Source: Antedon mediterranea
Lineage: Eukaryota > Animalia > Echinodermata
Length of the DNA: 64,000 nucleotides
Assembly: GCF_964355755.1 (NCBI RefSeq)
Contig: NC_092679.1
Coordinates: forward strand, 9,330,201 to 9,394,200
Reading direction: 5' to 3'
In this document: positions 51,901 through 64,000 of the stretch, one piece after another
Position numbering within the stretch: position 1 is the stretch's first letter
How the letters are laid out: every line of letters begins with the position of its first letter
Notes under the pieces: model-generated
Databases searched by the model: none
What the model saw: the letters and a program-made list of their open reading frames with translations, nothing else
What the model was told of the DNA's origin: nothing
Program-made: the position numbers and the translations under genes

Positions 51901-54900
51901 TCAAAAACGTTTTTAAATACGATATTAAGCTACTTTGTGCTCTTTGATGTTTTTGTGTGAAATGTTTTATCGAAATGCTCAAAATGGTCTAAAACGGTTT
52001 CTAATGTGATTTCAAGCACTTTGATGTTTTTGTGTAACCAAGTTTTTCGAAAATCACAAAATTGTCTAAAACGTCTCCAAATGCGATTTGAAGCTATTCT
52101 GTAAACTTTGATGTTTTTATGTTAACAAGTTTTTCGAAAATCACAAAATGGTCTAAAACGTCTCTAAATGCGATTTGAAGCTTTTCTGTACACTTTGATG
52201 TTTTTATGTTAACAACTTTTTTCGAAAATCACAAAATGGTCTAAAATGTCTCGAAATGCGATTTGAAGCTATTCTAAGCACTTTGATGTTTTTATGTTAC
52301 CAAGTTTTTTCGAAAATCACAAAATGGTCTAAAACGTCTCCAATAGCGATTTTAAGCTATTCTGTACACTTTGATGTTTTTATGTTAACAAGTTTTTCGA
52401 AAATCACAAAATGGTCTAAAACGTCTCCAAATGCGATTTTAAGCTATTCTAAGCACTTTGGTGTTTTTATGTTAACAAGTTTTTTTGAAAATCACAAAAT
52501 GGTCTAAAACGTCTCTAAATGCGATTTGAAGTTTTCTGTACACTTTGATGTTTTTATGTTAACAACTTTTTTCGAAAATCACAAAATGGTCTAAAATGTC
52601 TCCAAATGCGATTTGAAGCTATTCTAAGCACTTTGGTGTTTTTATGGAAACAATTTTTTTCGAAAATCACAAAATGGTCTAAAACGTCTCCAATAGCGAT
52701 TTGAAGCTTTTCTGTACACTTTGGTGTTTTTATGTTAACAAGTTTTTTCGAAAATCACAAAATGGTCTAAAACGTCTCCAAATGCGATTTGAAGCTAATC
52801 TGTACACTTTGATGTTTTTATGTTAACAAGTTTTTTCGAAAATCACAAAATGGTCTAAAACGTTTCCAAATGCGATTTGAAGCTTTTCTTTACACTTTGG
52901 TGTTTTTATGTTAACAAGTTTTTTCGAAAATCACAAAATGGTCTAAAACGTCTCCAAATGCGATTTGAAGCTATTCTGTACACTTTGATGTTTTTATGTT
53001 AACAAGTTTTTTCGAAGATCACAAAATGGTCTAAAACGTCTACAAATGCAATTTGAAGCTATTCTAAGCACTTTTGTGTTTTTATGTTAACAAGTTTTTT
53101 CGAAAATCACAAAATGGTCTAAAACGTCTGCAAATGCGATTTTAAACTATTCTTAGCACATGGGTGTTTTTATTTAAACAAATTTTTTCGAAACTCACAA
53201 AATGGTCTAAAACGTCTCCAAATGCGATTTGAAGCTATTTTAAGCACTTTGGTGTTTTTGTGTTAACAAGTTTTTCGAAATGCTCAAAATGGTCTAAAAC
53301 GTTTTTAAACACGATATTAAGCTATTTTGTGCTCTTTGGTGTTTTTTTGTGAAAAGTTTTAGCAAAATGCTCAAAATGGTCTAAAACGATTTCTAATGTG
53401 ATTTTAAGCACTTTGATGTTTTTATGTTAACTAGTTTTTTCGAAAATCACAAAATGGTCTAAAACGTTTCCAAATGCGATTTGAAGCTATTTTAAGCACT
53501 TAAGTGCTTTTGTGTAACCAAGTTTTTTTGAAAATCACAAAAGGGTCTAAAATGTCTCCAAATGTGATTTGAAGCTATTTTAAGCACTTTGGTGTTTTTG
53601 TGTTAACAAGTTTTTCGGAAATCACCAAATTGTCTAAAACGTCTCCAAATGCGATTTGAAGCTATTCTGTACACTTTGATGTTTTTATGTTAACAAGTTT
53701 TTTAGAAAATCACAAAATGGTCTAAAACATCTCCAAATGCGATTTAAAGCTATTTTAAGCACTTTGGTGTTTTTATGTTAACAAGTTTTTTCGAAAATCA
53801 CAAAATGGTCTAAAACGTCTCCAAATGCGATTTGAAGCTATTTTAAGCACTTTGGTGTTTTTGTGTTAACAAGTTTTTCGAAATGCTCAAAATGGTCTAA
53901 AACGTTTCCAAATGCGATTTGAAGCTATTCTGTACACTTTGATGTTTTGTGTGAAAATTTTCTGTCGAAATGCTCAAAATGGTCAAAAACGTTTTTAAAT
54001 ACGATATTAAGCTACTTTGTGCTCTTTGATGTTTTTGTGTGAAATGTTTTATCGAAATGCTCAAAATGGTCTAAAACGGTTTCTAATGTGATTTCAAGCA
54101 CTTTGATGTTTTTGTGTAACCAAGTTTTTCGAAAATCACAAAATTGTCTAAAACGTCTCCAAATGCGATTTGAAGCTATTCTGTACTCTTTGATGTTTTT
54201 ATGTTAACAAGTTTTTCGAAAATCACAAAATGGTCTAAAACGTCTCCAAATGCGATTTTAAGCTATTCTAAGCACTTTGGTGTTTTTATGTTAACAAGTT
54301 TTTTTGAAATCACAAAATGGTCTAAAACGTCTCTAAATGAGATTTGAAGCTTTTCTGTACATTTTGATGTTTTTATGTTAACAAGTTTTTTCGAAAATCA
54401 CAAAATGGTCTAAAATGTCTCCAAATGCGATTTGAAGCTATTCTAAGCACTTTGGTGTTTTTATGGAAACAATTTTTTTCGAAAATCACAAAATGGTCTA
54501 AAACGTCTCCAAATGTGATTTGAAGCTATTCTGTACACTTTGATGTTTTTATGTTAGCAAGTTTTTTCGAAAATCACAAAATGGTCTAAAACGTCTACAA
54601 ATGCGATTTGAAGCTAATCTGTACACTTTGATGTTTTTATGTTAACAAGTTTTTTCGAAAATCACAAAAGGGTCTAAAATGTCTGTAAATGCTATTTGAA
54701 GCTATTTAAAGCACTTTGGTGTTTTTAGGTTAACAAGTTTTTTCGAAAATCACAAAAGGGTCTAAAATGTCTGTAAATGCGATTTGAAGCTATTTAAAGC
54801 ACTTTTGTGTTTTTATGTTAACAAGTTTTTTCGAAAATCACAAAATGGTCTAAAACGTCTCCAAATGCGATTTGAAGCTATTTTAAGCACTTTGGTGTTT

Positions 54901-55195
54901 TTGTGTTAACAAGTTTTTCGAAAATCACAAAATGGTCTAAAACGTTTCCAAATGCGATTTGAAGCTATTCTGTACACTTTGATGTTTTGTGTGAAAATTT
55001 TCTTTCGAAATGCTCAAAATGGTCAAAAACGTTTTTAAATACGATATTAAGCTACTTTGTGCTCTTTGATGTTTTTGTGTGAAATGTTTTATCGAAATGC
55101 TCAAAATGGTCTAAAACGGTTTCTAATGTGATTTCAAGCACTTTGATGTTTTTGTGTAACCAAGTTTTTCGAAAATCACAAAATTGTCTAAAACG
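48950..55195. repeat. About 36-monomer (3122-3123 bp) tandem duplication
   Basis: GTAAAC at 48978/52101; identical ORF translations at 49133/52256; AACACGAT at 50186/53308. A 1-bp deletion (GAAGTTTTCTG, ~52531) is in the second copy. Confidence 0.9.
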
Positions 55196-55785
55196 TCTCC
55201 AAATGCGATTTGAAGCTATTCTGTACACTTTGATGTTTTTATGTTAACAAGTTTTTCGAAAATCACAAAATGGTCTAAAACGTCTCCAAATGCGATTTGA
55301 AGCTATTCTGTACACTTTGATGTTTTTATGTTAACAAGTTTTTCGAAAATCACAAAATGGTCTAAAACGTTTCCAAATGCGATTTGAAGCTATTCTGTAC
55401 ACTTTGATGTTTTGTGTGAAAATTTTCTTTCGAAATGCTCAAAATGGTCAAAAACGTTTTTAAATACGATATTAAGCTACTTTGTGCTCTTTGATGTTTT
55501 TGTGTGAAATGTTTTATCGAAATGCTCAAAATGGTCTAAAACGGTTTCTAATGTGATTTCAAGCACTTTGATGTTTTTGTGTAACCAAGTTTTTCGAAAA
55601 TCACAAAATTGTCTAAAACGTCTCCAAATGCGATTTGAAGCTATTCTGTACACTTTGATGTTTTTATGTTAACAAGTTTTTCGAAAATCACAAAATGGTC
55701 TAAAACGTCTCCAAATGCGATTTGAAGCTATTCTGTACACTTTGATGTTTTTATGTTAACAAGTTTTTCGAAAATCACAAAATGG
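54935..55785. repeat. 5-monomer (425 bp) tandem duplication containing the ABC trimer
   Basis: ABC (CTTTCG type) starts at ~54935 and 55360; 4x87+77=425. Confidence 0.8.
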
Positions 55786-57705
55786 TCTAAAACGTCTCTA
55801 AATGCGATTTGAAGCTTTTCTGTACACTTTAATGTTTTTATGTTAACAACTTTTTTCGAAAATCACAAAATGGTCTAAATTTTCTCCAAATGCGATTTGA
55901 AGCTATTCTAAGCACTTTGATGTTTTTATGTTAACAAGTTTTTTCGAAAATCACAAAATGGTCTAAAACGTCTCCAATAGCGATTTTAAGCTATTCTGTA
56001 CACTTTGATGTTTTTATGTTAACAAGTTTTTCGAAAATCACAAAATGGTCTAAAACGTCTCCAAATGCGATTTTAAGCAATTCTAAGCACTTTGGTGTTT
56101 TTATGTTAACAAGTTTTTTTGAAAATCACAAAATGGTCTAAAACGTCTCTAAATGCGATTTGAAGCTTTTCTGTACACTTTGATGTTTTTATGTTAACAA
56201 CTTTTTTCGAAAATCACAAAATGGTCTAAAATGTCTCCAAATGCGATTTGAAGCTATTCTAAGCACTTTGGTGTTTTTATGGAAACAATTTTTTTCGAAA
56301 ATCACAAAATGGTCTAAAACGTCTCCAATAGCGATTTGAAGCTTTTCTGTACACTTTGGTGTTTTTATGTTAACAAGTTTTTTCGAAAATCACAAAATGG
56401 TCTAAAACGTCTCCAAATGCGATTTGAAGCTAATCTGTACACTTTGATGTTTTTATGTTAACAAGTTTTTTCGAAAATCACAAAATGGTCTAAAACGTTT
56501 CAAAATGCGATTTGAAGCTTTTCTTTACACTTTGGTGTTTTTATGTTAACAAGTTTTTTCGAAAATCACAAAATGGTCTAAAACGTCTCCAAATGCGATT
56601 TGAAGCTATTCTGTACACTTTGATGTTTTTATGTTAACAAGTTTTTTCGAAGATCACAAAATGGTCTAAAACGTCTACAAATGCAATTTGAAGCTATTCT
56701 AAGCACTTTTGTGTTTTTATGTTAACAAGTTTTTTTCGAAAATCACAAAATGGTCTAAAACGTCTGCAAATGCGATTTTAAACTATTCTTAGCACATTGG
56801 TGTTTTTATTTAAACAAATTTTTTCGAAACTCACAAAATGGTCTAAAACGTCTCCAAATGCGATTTGAAGCTATTTTAAGCACTTTGGTGTTTTTGTGTT
56901 AACAAGTTTTTCGAAATGCTCAAAATGGTCTAAAACGTTTCCAAATGCGATTTGAAGCTATTCTGTACACTTTGATGTTTTGTGTGAAAATTTTCTGTCG
57001 AAATGCTCAAAATGGTCAAATACGTTTTTAAATACGATATTAAGCTACTTTGTGCTCTTTGATGTTTTTGTGTGAAATGTTTTATCGAAATGCTCAAAAT
57101 GGTCTAAAACGGTTTCTAATGTGATTTCAAGCACTTTGATGTTTTTGTGTAACCAAGTTTTTCGAAAATCACAAAATTGTCTAAAACGTCTCCAAATGCG
57201 ATTTGAAGCTATTCTGTACACTTTGATGTTTTTATGTTAACAAGTTTTTCGAAAATCACAAAATGGTCTAAAACGTCTCCAAATGCGATTTTAAGCTATT
57301 CTAAGCACTTTGGTGTTTTTATGTTAACAAGTTTTTTTGAAAATCACAAAATGGTCTAAAACGTCTCTAAATGCGATTTGAAGCTTTTCTGTACACTTTG
57401 GTGTTTTTATGGAAACAATTTTTTTCGAAAATCACAAAATGGTCTAAAACGTCTCCAATAGCGATTTGAAGCTTTTCTGTACACTTTGGTGTTTTTATGT
57501 TAACAAGTTTTTTCGAAAATCACAAAATGGTCTAAAACGTCTCCAAATGCGATTTGAAGCTATTCTGTACACTTTGATGTTTTTATGTTAACAAGTTTTT
57601 TCGAAAATCACAAAATGGTCTAAAACGTCTACAAATGCGATTTGAAGCTATACTGTACACTTTGATGCTTTTATGTTAACAAGTTTTTTCAAAAATCACA
57701 AAATG

Positions 57706-60700
57706 GTCTAAAACGTTTCCAAATGCGATTTGAAGCTATTCTGTACACTTTGATGTTTTGTGTGAAAATTTTCTGTCGAAATGCTCAAAATGGTCAAAAA
57801 CGTTTTTAAATACGATATTAAGCTACTTTGTGCTCTTTGATGTTTTTGTGTGAAATGTTTTATCGAAATGCTCAAAATGGTCTAAAACGGTTTCTAATGT
57901 GATTTCAAGCACTTTGATGTTTTTGTGTAACCAAGTTTTTCGAAAATCACAAAATTGTCTAAAACGTCTCCAAATGCGATTTGAAGCTATTCTGTACACT
58001 TTGATGTTTTTATGTTAACAAGTTTTTCGAAAATCACAAAATGGTCTAAAACGTCTCCAAATGCGATTTTAAGCTATTCTGTACACTTTGATGTTTTTAT
58101 GTTAACAAGTTTTTCGAAAATCACAAAATGGTCTAAAACGTCTCTAAATGCGATTTGAAGCTTTTCTGTACACTTTAATGTTTTTATGTTAACAACTTTT
58201 TTCGAAAATCACAAAATGGTCTAAAATGTCTCCAAATGCGATTTGAAGCTATTCTAAGCACTTTGATGTTTTTATGTTAACAAGTTTTTTCGAAAATCAC
58301 AAAATGGTCTAAAACGTCTACAAATGCGATTTGAAGCTATTCTAAGCACTTTTGTGTTTTTATGTTAACAAGTTTTTTTGAAAATCACAAAATGGTCTAA
58401 AACGTTTCAAAATGCGATTTGAAGCTTTTCTTTACACTTTGGTGTTTTTATGTTAACAAGTTTTTTCGAAAATCACAAAATGGTCTAAAACGTCTCCAAA
58501 TGCGATTTGAAGCTATTCTGTACACTTTGATGTTTTTATGTTAACAAGTTTTTTCGAAGATCACAAAATGGTCTAAAACGTCTACAAATGCAATTTGAAG
58601 CTATTCTAAGCACTTTTGTGTTTTTATGTTAACAAGTTTTTTTCGAAAATCACAAAATGGTCTAAAACGTCTGCAAATGCGATTTTAAACTATTCTTAGC
58701 ACATTGGTGTTTTTATTTAAACAAATTTTTTCGAAACTCACAAAATGGTCTAAAACGTCTCCAAATGCGATTTGAAGCTATTTTAAGCACTTTGGTGTTT
58801 TTGTGTTAACAAGTTTTTCGAAATGCTCAAAATGGTCTAAAACGTTTTTAAACACGATATTAAGCTATTTTGTGCTCTTTGATGTTTTTTTGTGAAAAGT
58901 TTTAGCAAAATGCTCAAAATGGTCTAAAACGATTTCTAATGTGATTTTAAGCACTTTGATGTTTTTATGTTAACTAGTTTTTTCGAAAATCACAAAATGG
59001 TCTAAAACGTCTCCAAATGCGATTTGAAGCTATTTTAAGCACTTAGGTGCTTTTGTGTAACCAAGTTTTTTTGAAAATCACAAAAGGGTCTAAAATGTCT
59101 CCAAATGTGATTTGAAGCTATTTTAAGCACTTTGGTGTTTTTGTGTTAACAAGTTTTTCGGAAATCACAAAATTGTCTAAAACGTCTCCAAATGCGATTT
59201 GAAGCTATTCTGTACACTTTGATGTTTTTATGTTAACAAGTTTTTTAGAAAATCACAAAATGGTCTAAAACATCTCCAAATGCGATTTAAAGCTATTTTA
59301 AGCACTTTTGTGTTTTTATGTTAACAAGTTTTTTCGAAAATCACAAAATGGTCTAAAACGTCTCCAAATGCGATTTGAAGCTATTTTAAGCACTTTGGTG
59401 TTTTTGTGTTAACAAGTTTTTCGAAATGCTCAAAATGGTCTAAAACGTTTCCAAATGCGATTTGAAGCTATTCTGTACACTTTGATGTTTTGTGTGAAAA
59501 TTTTCTGTCGAAATGCTCAAAATGGTCAAAAACGTTTTTAAATACGATATTAAGCTACTTTGTGCTCTTTGATGTTTTTGTGTGAAATGTTTTATCGAAA
59601 TGCTCAAAATGGTCTAAAACGGTTTCTAATGTGATTTCAAGCACTTTGATGTTTTTGTGTAACCAAGTTTTTCGAAAATCACAAAATTGTCTAAAACGTC
59701 TCCAAATGCGATTTGAAGCTATTCTGTACTCTTTGATGTTTTTATGTTAACAAGTTTTTCGAAAATCACAAAATGGTCTAAAACGTCTCCAAATGCGATT
59801 TTAAGCTATTCTAAGCACTTTGGTGTTTTTATGTTAACAAGTTTTTTTGAAATCACAAAATGGTCTAAAACGTCTCTAAATGAGATTTGAAGCTTTTCTG
59901 TACATTTTGATGTTTTTATGTTAACAAGTTTTTTCGAAAATCACAAAATGGTCTAAAATGTCTCCAAATGCGATTTGAAGCTATTCTAAGCACTTTGGTG
60001 TTTTTATGGAAACAATTTTTTTCGAAAATCACAAAATGGTCTAAAACGTCTCCAAATGTGATTTGAAGCTATTCTGTACACTTTGATGTTTTTATGTTAG
60101 CAAGTTTTTTCGAAAATCACAAAATGGTCTAAAACGTCTACAAATGCGATTTGAAGCTAATCTGTACACTTTGATTTTTTTATGTTAACAAGTTTTTTCG
60201 AAAATCACAAAATGGTCTAAAACGTTTCCAAATGCGATTTGAAGCTATTCTGTACACTTTGATGTTTTGTGTGAAAATTTTCTGTCGAAATGCTCAAAAT
60301 GGTCAAAAACGTTTTTAAATACGATATTAAGCTACTTTGTGCTCTTTGATGTTTTTGTGTGAAATGTTTTATCGAAATGCTCAAAATGGTCTAAAACGGT
60401 TTCTAATGTGATTTCAAGCACTTTGATGTTTTTGTGTAACCAAGTTTTTCGAAAATCACAAAATTGTCTAAAACGTCTCCAAATGCGATTTGAAGCTATT
60501 CTGTACACTTTGATGTTTTTATGTTAACAAGTTTTTCGAAAATCACAAAATGGTCTAAAACGTCTCCAAATGCGATTTGAAGCTATTCTGTACACTTTGA
60601 TGTTTTTATGTTAACAAGTTTTTCGAAAATCACAAAATGGTCTAAAACGTCTCTAAATGCGATTTGAAGCTTTTCTGTACACTTTAATGTTTTTATGTTA

Positions 60701-63150
60701 ACAACTTTTTTCGAAAATCACAAAATGGTCTAAAATGTCTCCAAATGCGATTTGAAGCTATTCTAAGCACTTTGATGTTTTTATGTTAACAAGTTTTTTC
60801 GAAAATCACAAAATGGTCTAAAACGTCTACAAATGCGATTTGAAGCTATTCTAAGCACTTTTGTGTTTTTATGTTAACAAGTTTTTTTGAAAATCACAAA
60901 ATGGTCTAAAACGTTTCAAAATGCGATTTGAAGCTTTTCTTTACACTTTGGTGTTTTTATGTTAACAAGTTTTTTCGAAAATCACAAAATGGTCTAAAAC
61001 GTCTCCAAATGCGATTTGAAGCTATTCTGTACACTTTGATGTTTTTATGTTAACAAGTTTTTTCGAAGATCACAAAATGGTCTAAAACGTCTACAAATGC
61101 AATTTGAAGCTATTCTAAGCACTTTTGTGTTTTTATGTTAACAAGTTTTTTTCGAAAATCACAAAATGGTCTAAAACGTCTGCAAATGCGATTTTAAACT
61201 ATTCTTAGCACATTGGTGTTTTTATTTAAACAAATTTTTTCGAAACTCACAAAATGGTCTAAAACGTCTCCAAATGCGATTTGAAGCTATTTTAAGCACT
61301 TTGGTGTTTTTGTGTTAACAAGTTTTTCGAAATGCTCAAAATGGTCTAAAACGTTTTTAAACACGATATTAAGCTATTTTGTGCTCTTTGATGTTTTTTT
61401 GTGAAAAGTTTTAGCAAAATGCTCAAAATGGTCTAAAACGATTTCTAATGTGATTTTAAGCACTTTGATGTTTTTATGTTAACTAGTTTTTTCGAAAATC
61501 ACAAAATGGTCTAAAACGTCTCCAAATGCGATTTGAAGCTATTTTAAGCACTTAGGTGCTTTTGTGTAACCAAGTTTTTTTGAAAATCACAAAAGGGTCT
61601 AAAATGTCTCCAAATGTGATTTGAAGCTATTTTAAGCACTTTGGTGTTTTTGTGTTAACAAGTTTTTCGGAAATCACAAAATTGTCTAAAACGTCTCCAA
61701 ATGCGATTTGAAGCTATTCTGTACACTTTGATGTTTTTATGTTAACAAGTTTTTTAGAAAATCACAAAATGGTCTAAAACATCTCCAAATGCGATTTAAA
61801 GCTATTTTAAGCACTTTTGTGTTTTTATGTTAACAAGTTTTTTCGAAAATCACAAAATGGTCTAAAACGTCTCCAAATGCGATTTGAAGCTATTTTAAGC
61901 ACTTTGGTGTTTTTGTGTTAACAAGTTTTTCGAAATGCTCAAAATGGTCTAAAACGTTTCCAAATGCGATTTGAAGCTATTCTGTACACTTTGATGTTTT
62001 GTGTGAAAATTTTCTGTCGAAATGCTCAAAATGGTCAAAAACGTTTTTAAATACGATATTAAGCTACTTTGTGCTCTTTGATGTTTTTGTGTGAAATGTT
62101 TTATCGAAATGCTCAAAATGGTCTAAAACGGTTTCTAATGTGATTTCAAGCACTTTGATGTTTTTGTGTAACCAAGTTTTTCGAAAATCACAAAATTGTC
62201 TAAAACGTCTCCAAATGCGATTTGAAGCTATTCTGTACTCTTTGATGTTTTTATGTTAACAAGTTTTTCGAAAATCACAAAATGGTCTAAAACGTCTCCA
62301 AATGCGATTTTAAGCTATTCTAAGCACTTTGGTGTTTTTATGTTAACAAGTTTTTTTGAAATCACAAAATGGTCTAAAACGTCTCTAAATGAGATTTGAA
62401 GCTTTTCTGTACATTTTGATGTTTTTATGTTAACAAGTTTTTTCGAAAATCACAAAATGGTCTAAAATGTCTCCAAATGCGATTTGAAGCTATTCTAAGC
62501 ACTTTGGTGTTTTTATGGAAACAATTTTTTTCGAAAATCACAAAATGGTCTAAAACGTCTCCAAATGTGATTTGAAGCTATTCTGTACACTTTGATGTTT
62601 TTATGTTAGCAAGTTTTTTCGAAAATCACAAAATGGTCTAAAACGTCTACAAATGCGATTTGAAGCTAATCTGTACACTTTGATTTTTTTATGTTAACAA
62701 GTTTTTTCGAAAATCACAAAATGGTCTAAAACGTTTCCAAATGCGATTTGAAGCTATTCTGTACACTTTGATGTTTTGTGTGAAAATTTTCTGTCGAAAT
62801 GCTCAAAATGGTCAAAAACGTTTTTAAATACGATATTAAGCTACTTTGTGCTCTTTGATGTTTTTGTGTGAAATGTTTTATCGAAATGCTCAAAATGGTC
62901 TAAAACGGTTTCTAATGTGATTTCAAGCACTTTGATGTTTTTGTGTAACCAAGTTTTTCGAAAATCACAAAATTGTCTAAAACGTCTCCAAATGCGATTT
63001 GAAGCTATTCTGTACACTTTGATGTTTTTATGTTAACAAGTTTTTCGAAAATCACAAAATGGTCTAAAACGTCTCCAAATGCGATTTGAAGCTATTCTGT
63101 ACACTTTGATGTTTTTATGTTAACAAGTTTTTCGAAAATCACAAAATGGT
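57706..63150. repeat. About 29-monomer (2509 bp) tandem duplication, two full copies plus a partial third
   Basis: ABC starts at 57706, 60215 and 62724; AACACGATAT at 58851/61360; shared TTTGATTTTTTTATG at ~60172/62681. Confidence 0.9.
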
Positions 63151-64000
63151 CTAAAACGTCTCCAAATGCGATTTGAAGCTAATCTGTACACTTTGATGTT
63201 TTTATGTTAACAAGTTTTTTCGAAAATCACAAAATGGTCTAAAACGTTTCAAAATGCGATTTGAAGCTTTTCTTTACACTTTGGTGTTTTTATGTTAACA
63301 AGTTTTTTCGAAAATCACAAAATGGTCTAAAACGTCTCCAAATGCGATTTGAAGCTATTCTGTACACTTTGATGTTTTTATGTTAACAAGTTTTTTCGAA
63401 GATCACAAAATGGTCTAAAACGTCTACAAATGCAATTTGAAGCTATTCTAAGCACTTTTGTGTTTTTATGTTAACAAGTTTTTTTCGAAAATCACAAAAT
63501 GGTCTAAAACGTCTGCAAATGCGATTTTAAACTATTCTTAGCACATTGGTGTTTTTATTTAAACAAATTTTTTCGAAACTCACAAAATGGTCTAAAACGT
63601 CTCCAAATGCGATTTGAAGCTATTTTAAGCACTTTGGTGTTTTTGTGTTAACAAGTTTTTCGAAATGCTCAAAATGGTCTAAAACGTTTCCAAATGCGAT
63701 TTGAAGCTATTCTGTACACTTTGATGTTTTGTGTGAAAATTTTCTGTCGAAATGCTCAAAATGGTCAAAAACGTTTTTAAATACGATATTAAGCTACTTT
63801 GTGCTCTTTGATGTTTTTGTGTGAAATGTTTTATCGAAATGCTCAAAATGGTCTAAAACGGTTTCTAATGTGATTTCAAGCACTTTGATGTTTTTGTGTA
63901 ACCAAGTTTTTCGAAAATCACAAAATTGTCTAAAACGTCTCCAAATGCGATTTGAAGCTATTCTGTACACTTTGATGTTTTTATGTTAACAAGTTTTTCG

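Larger units (their letters stand above)
1..64000. repeat. AT-rich tandem satellite DNA array, 87-88 bp monomer, head-to-tail, extends past both window edges
   Basis: GTCTAAAACG recurs at 1, 89, 177 and so on through the whole window. Monomer length varies mainly by T5/T6/T7 before CGAAAA. No non-satellite sequence or orientation switch seen. Confidence 0.99.

Noticed and set aside
1-64000. CRISPR-like or other repeat-spacer array
   Set aside because: No unique spacers; the whole monomer is repeated with only point variants, and there are no cas or other genes.
1-64000. tRNA, 5S or snRNA tandem gene array (unit length is tRNA-like)
   Set aside because: About 31% GC, no cloverleaf, no convincing Pol III A/B boxes (TTCGAA lacks the GTTC context), and internal T-runs would terminate Pol III.
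1-64000. Transposon, telomeric repeat or inversion within the array
   Set aside because: No non-satellite insertion, target-site duplication, telomeric motif or reverse-complement monomer seen by eye. A transposon-derived origin of the monomer cannot be tested here.
1-64000. Assignment to a named satellite family or species
   Set aside because: I do not recognise the monomer with confidence; this needs a database search.

Overview
The whole 64 kb window is one uninterrupted, head-to-tail AT-rich tandem satellite array (about 31% GC counted on the consensus monomer). The basic monomer is 87-88 bp (consensus GTCTAAAACGTCTCCAAATGCGATTTGAAGCTATTCTGTACACTTTGATGTTTTTATGTTAACAAGTTTTT(T)CGAAAATCACAAAATG), roughly 730-740 copies, all in one orientation. 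I see no genes, RNA genes, transposons, CRISPR spacers or unique sequence; the listed ORFs are artefacts of reading monomers in shifting frames. The interesting content is architectural. Diverged monomer variants recur in fixed order and form variable-length higher-order repeats (HORs). Nested duplications have periods of 88, 425, 440, 1114, 2509, 2520, 3122, 3464, ~5020, 22496 and ~26000 bp. There are recurrent 10-bp deletions that follow the monomer's internal ~10-bp periodicity, a conversion-like patch, a microhomology-scrambled junction and CpG-decay variants. This is consistent with eukaryotic (peri)centromeric or other heterochromatic satellite DNA, but neither organism nor centromere function can be established from the sequence alone. 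I found no evidence for a novel protein- or RNA-encoding system. Offsets were measured by hand between marker variants; block boundaries are approximate.
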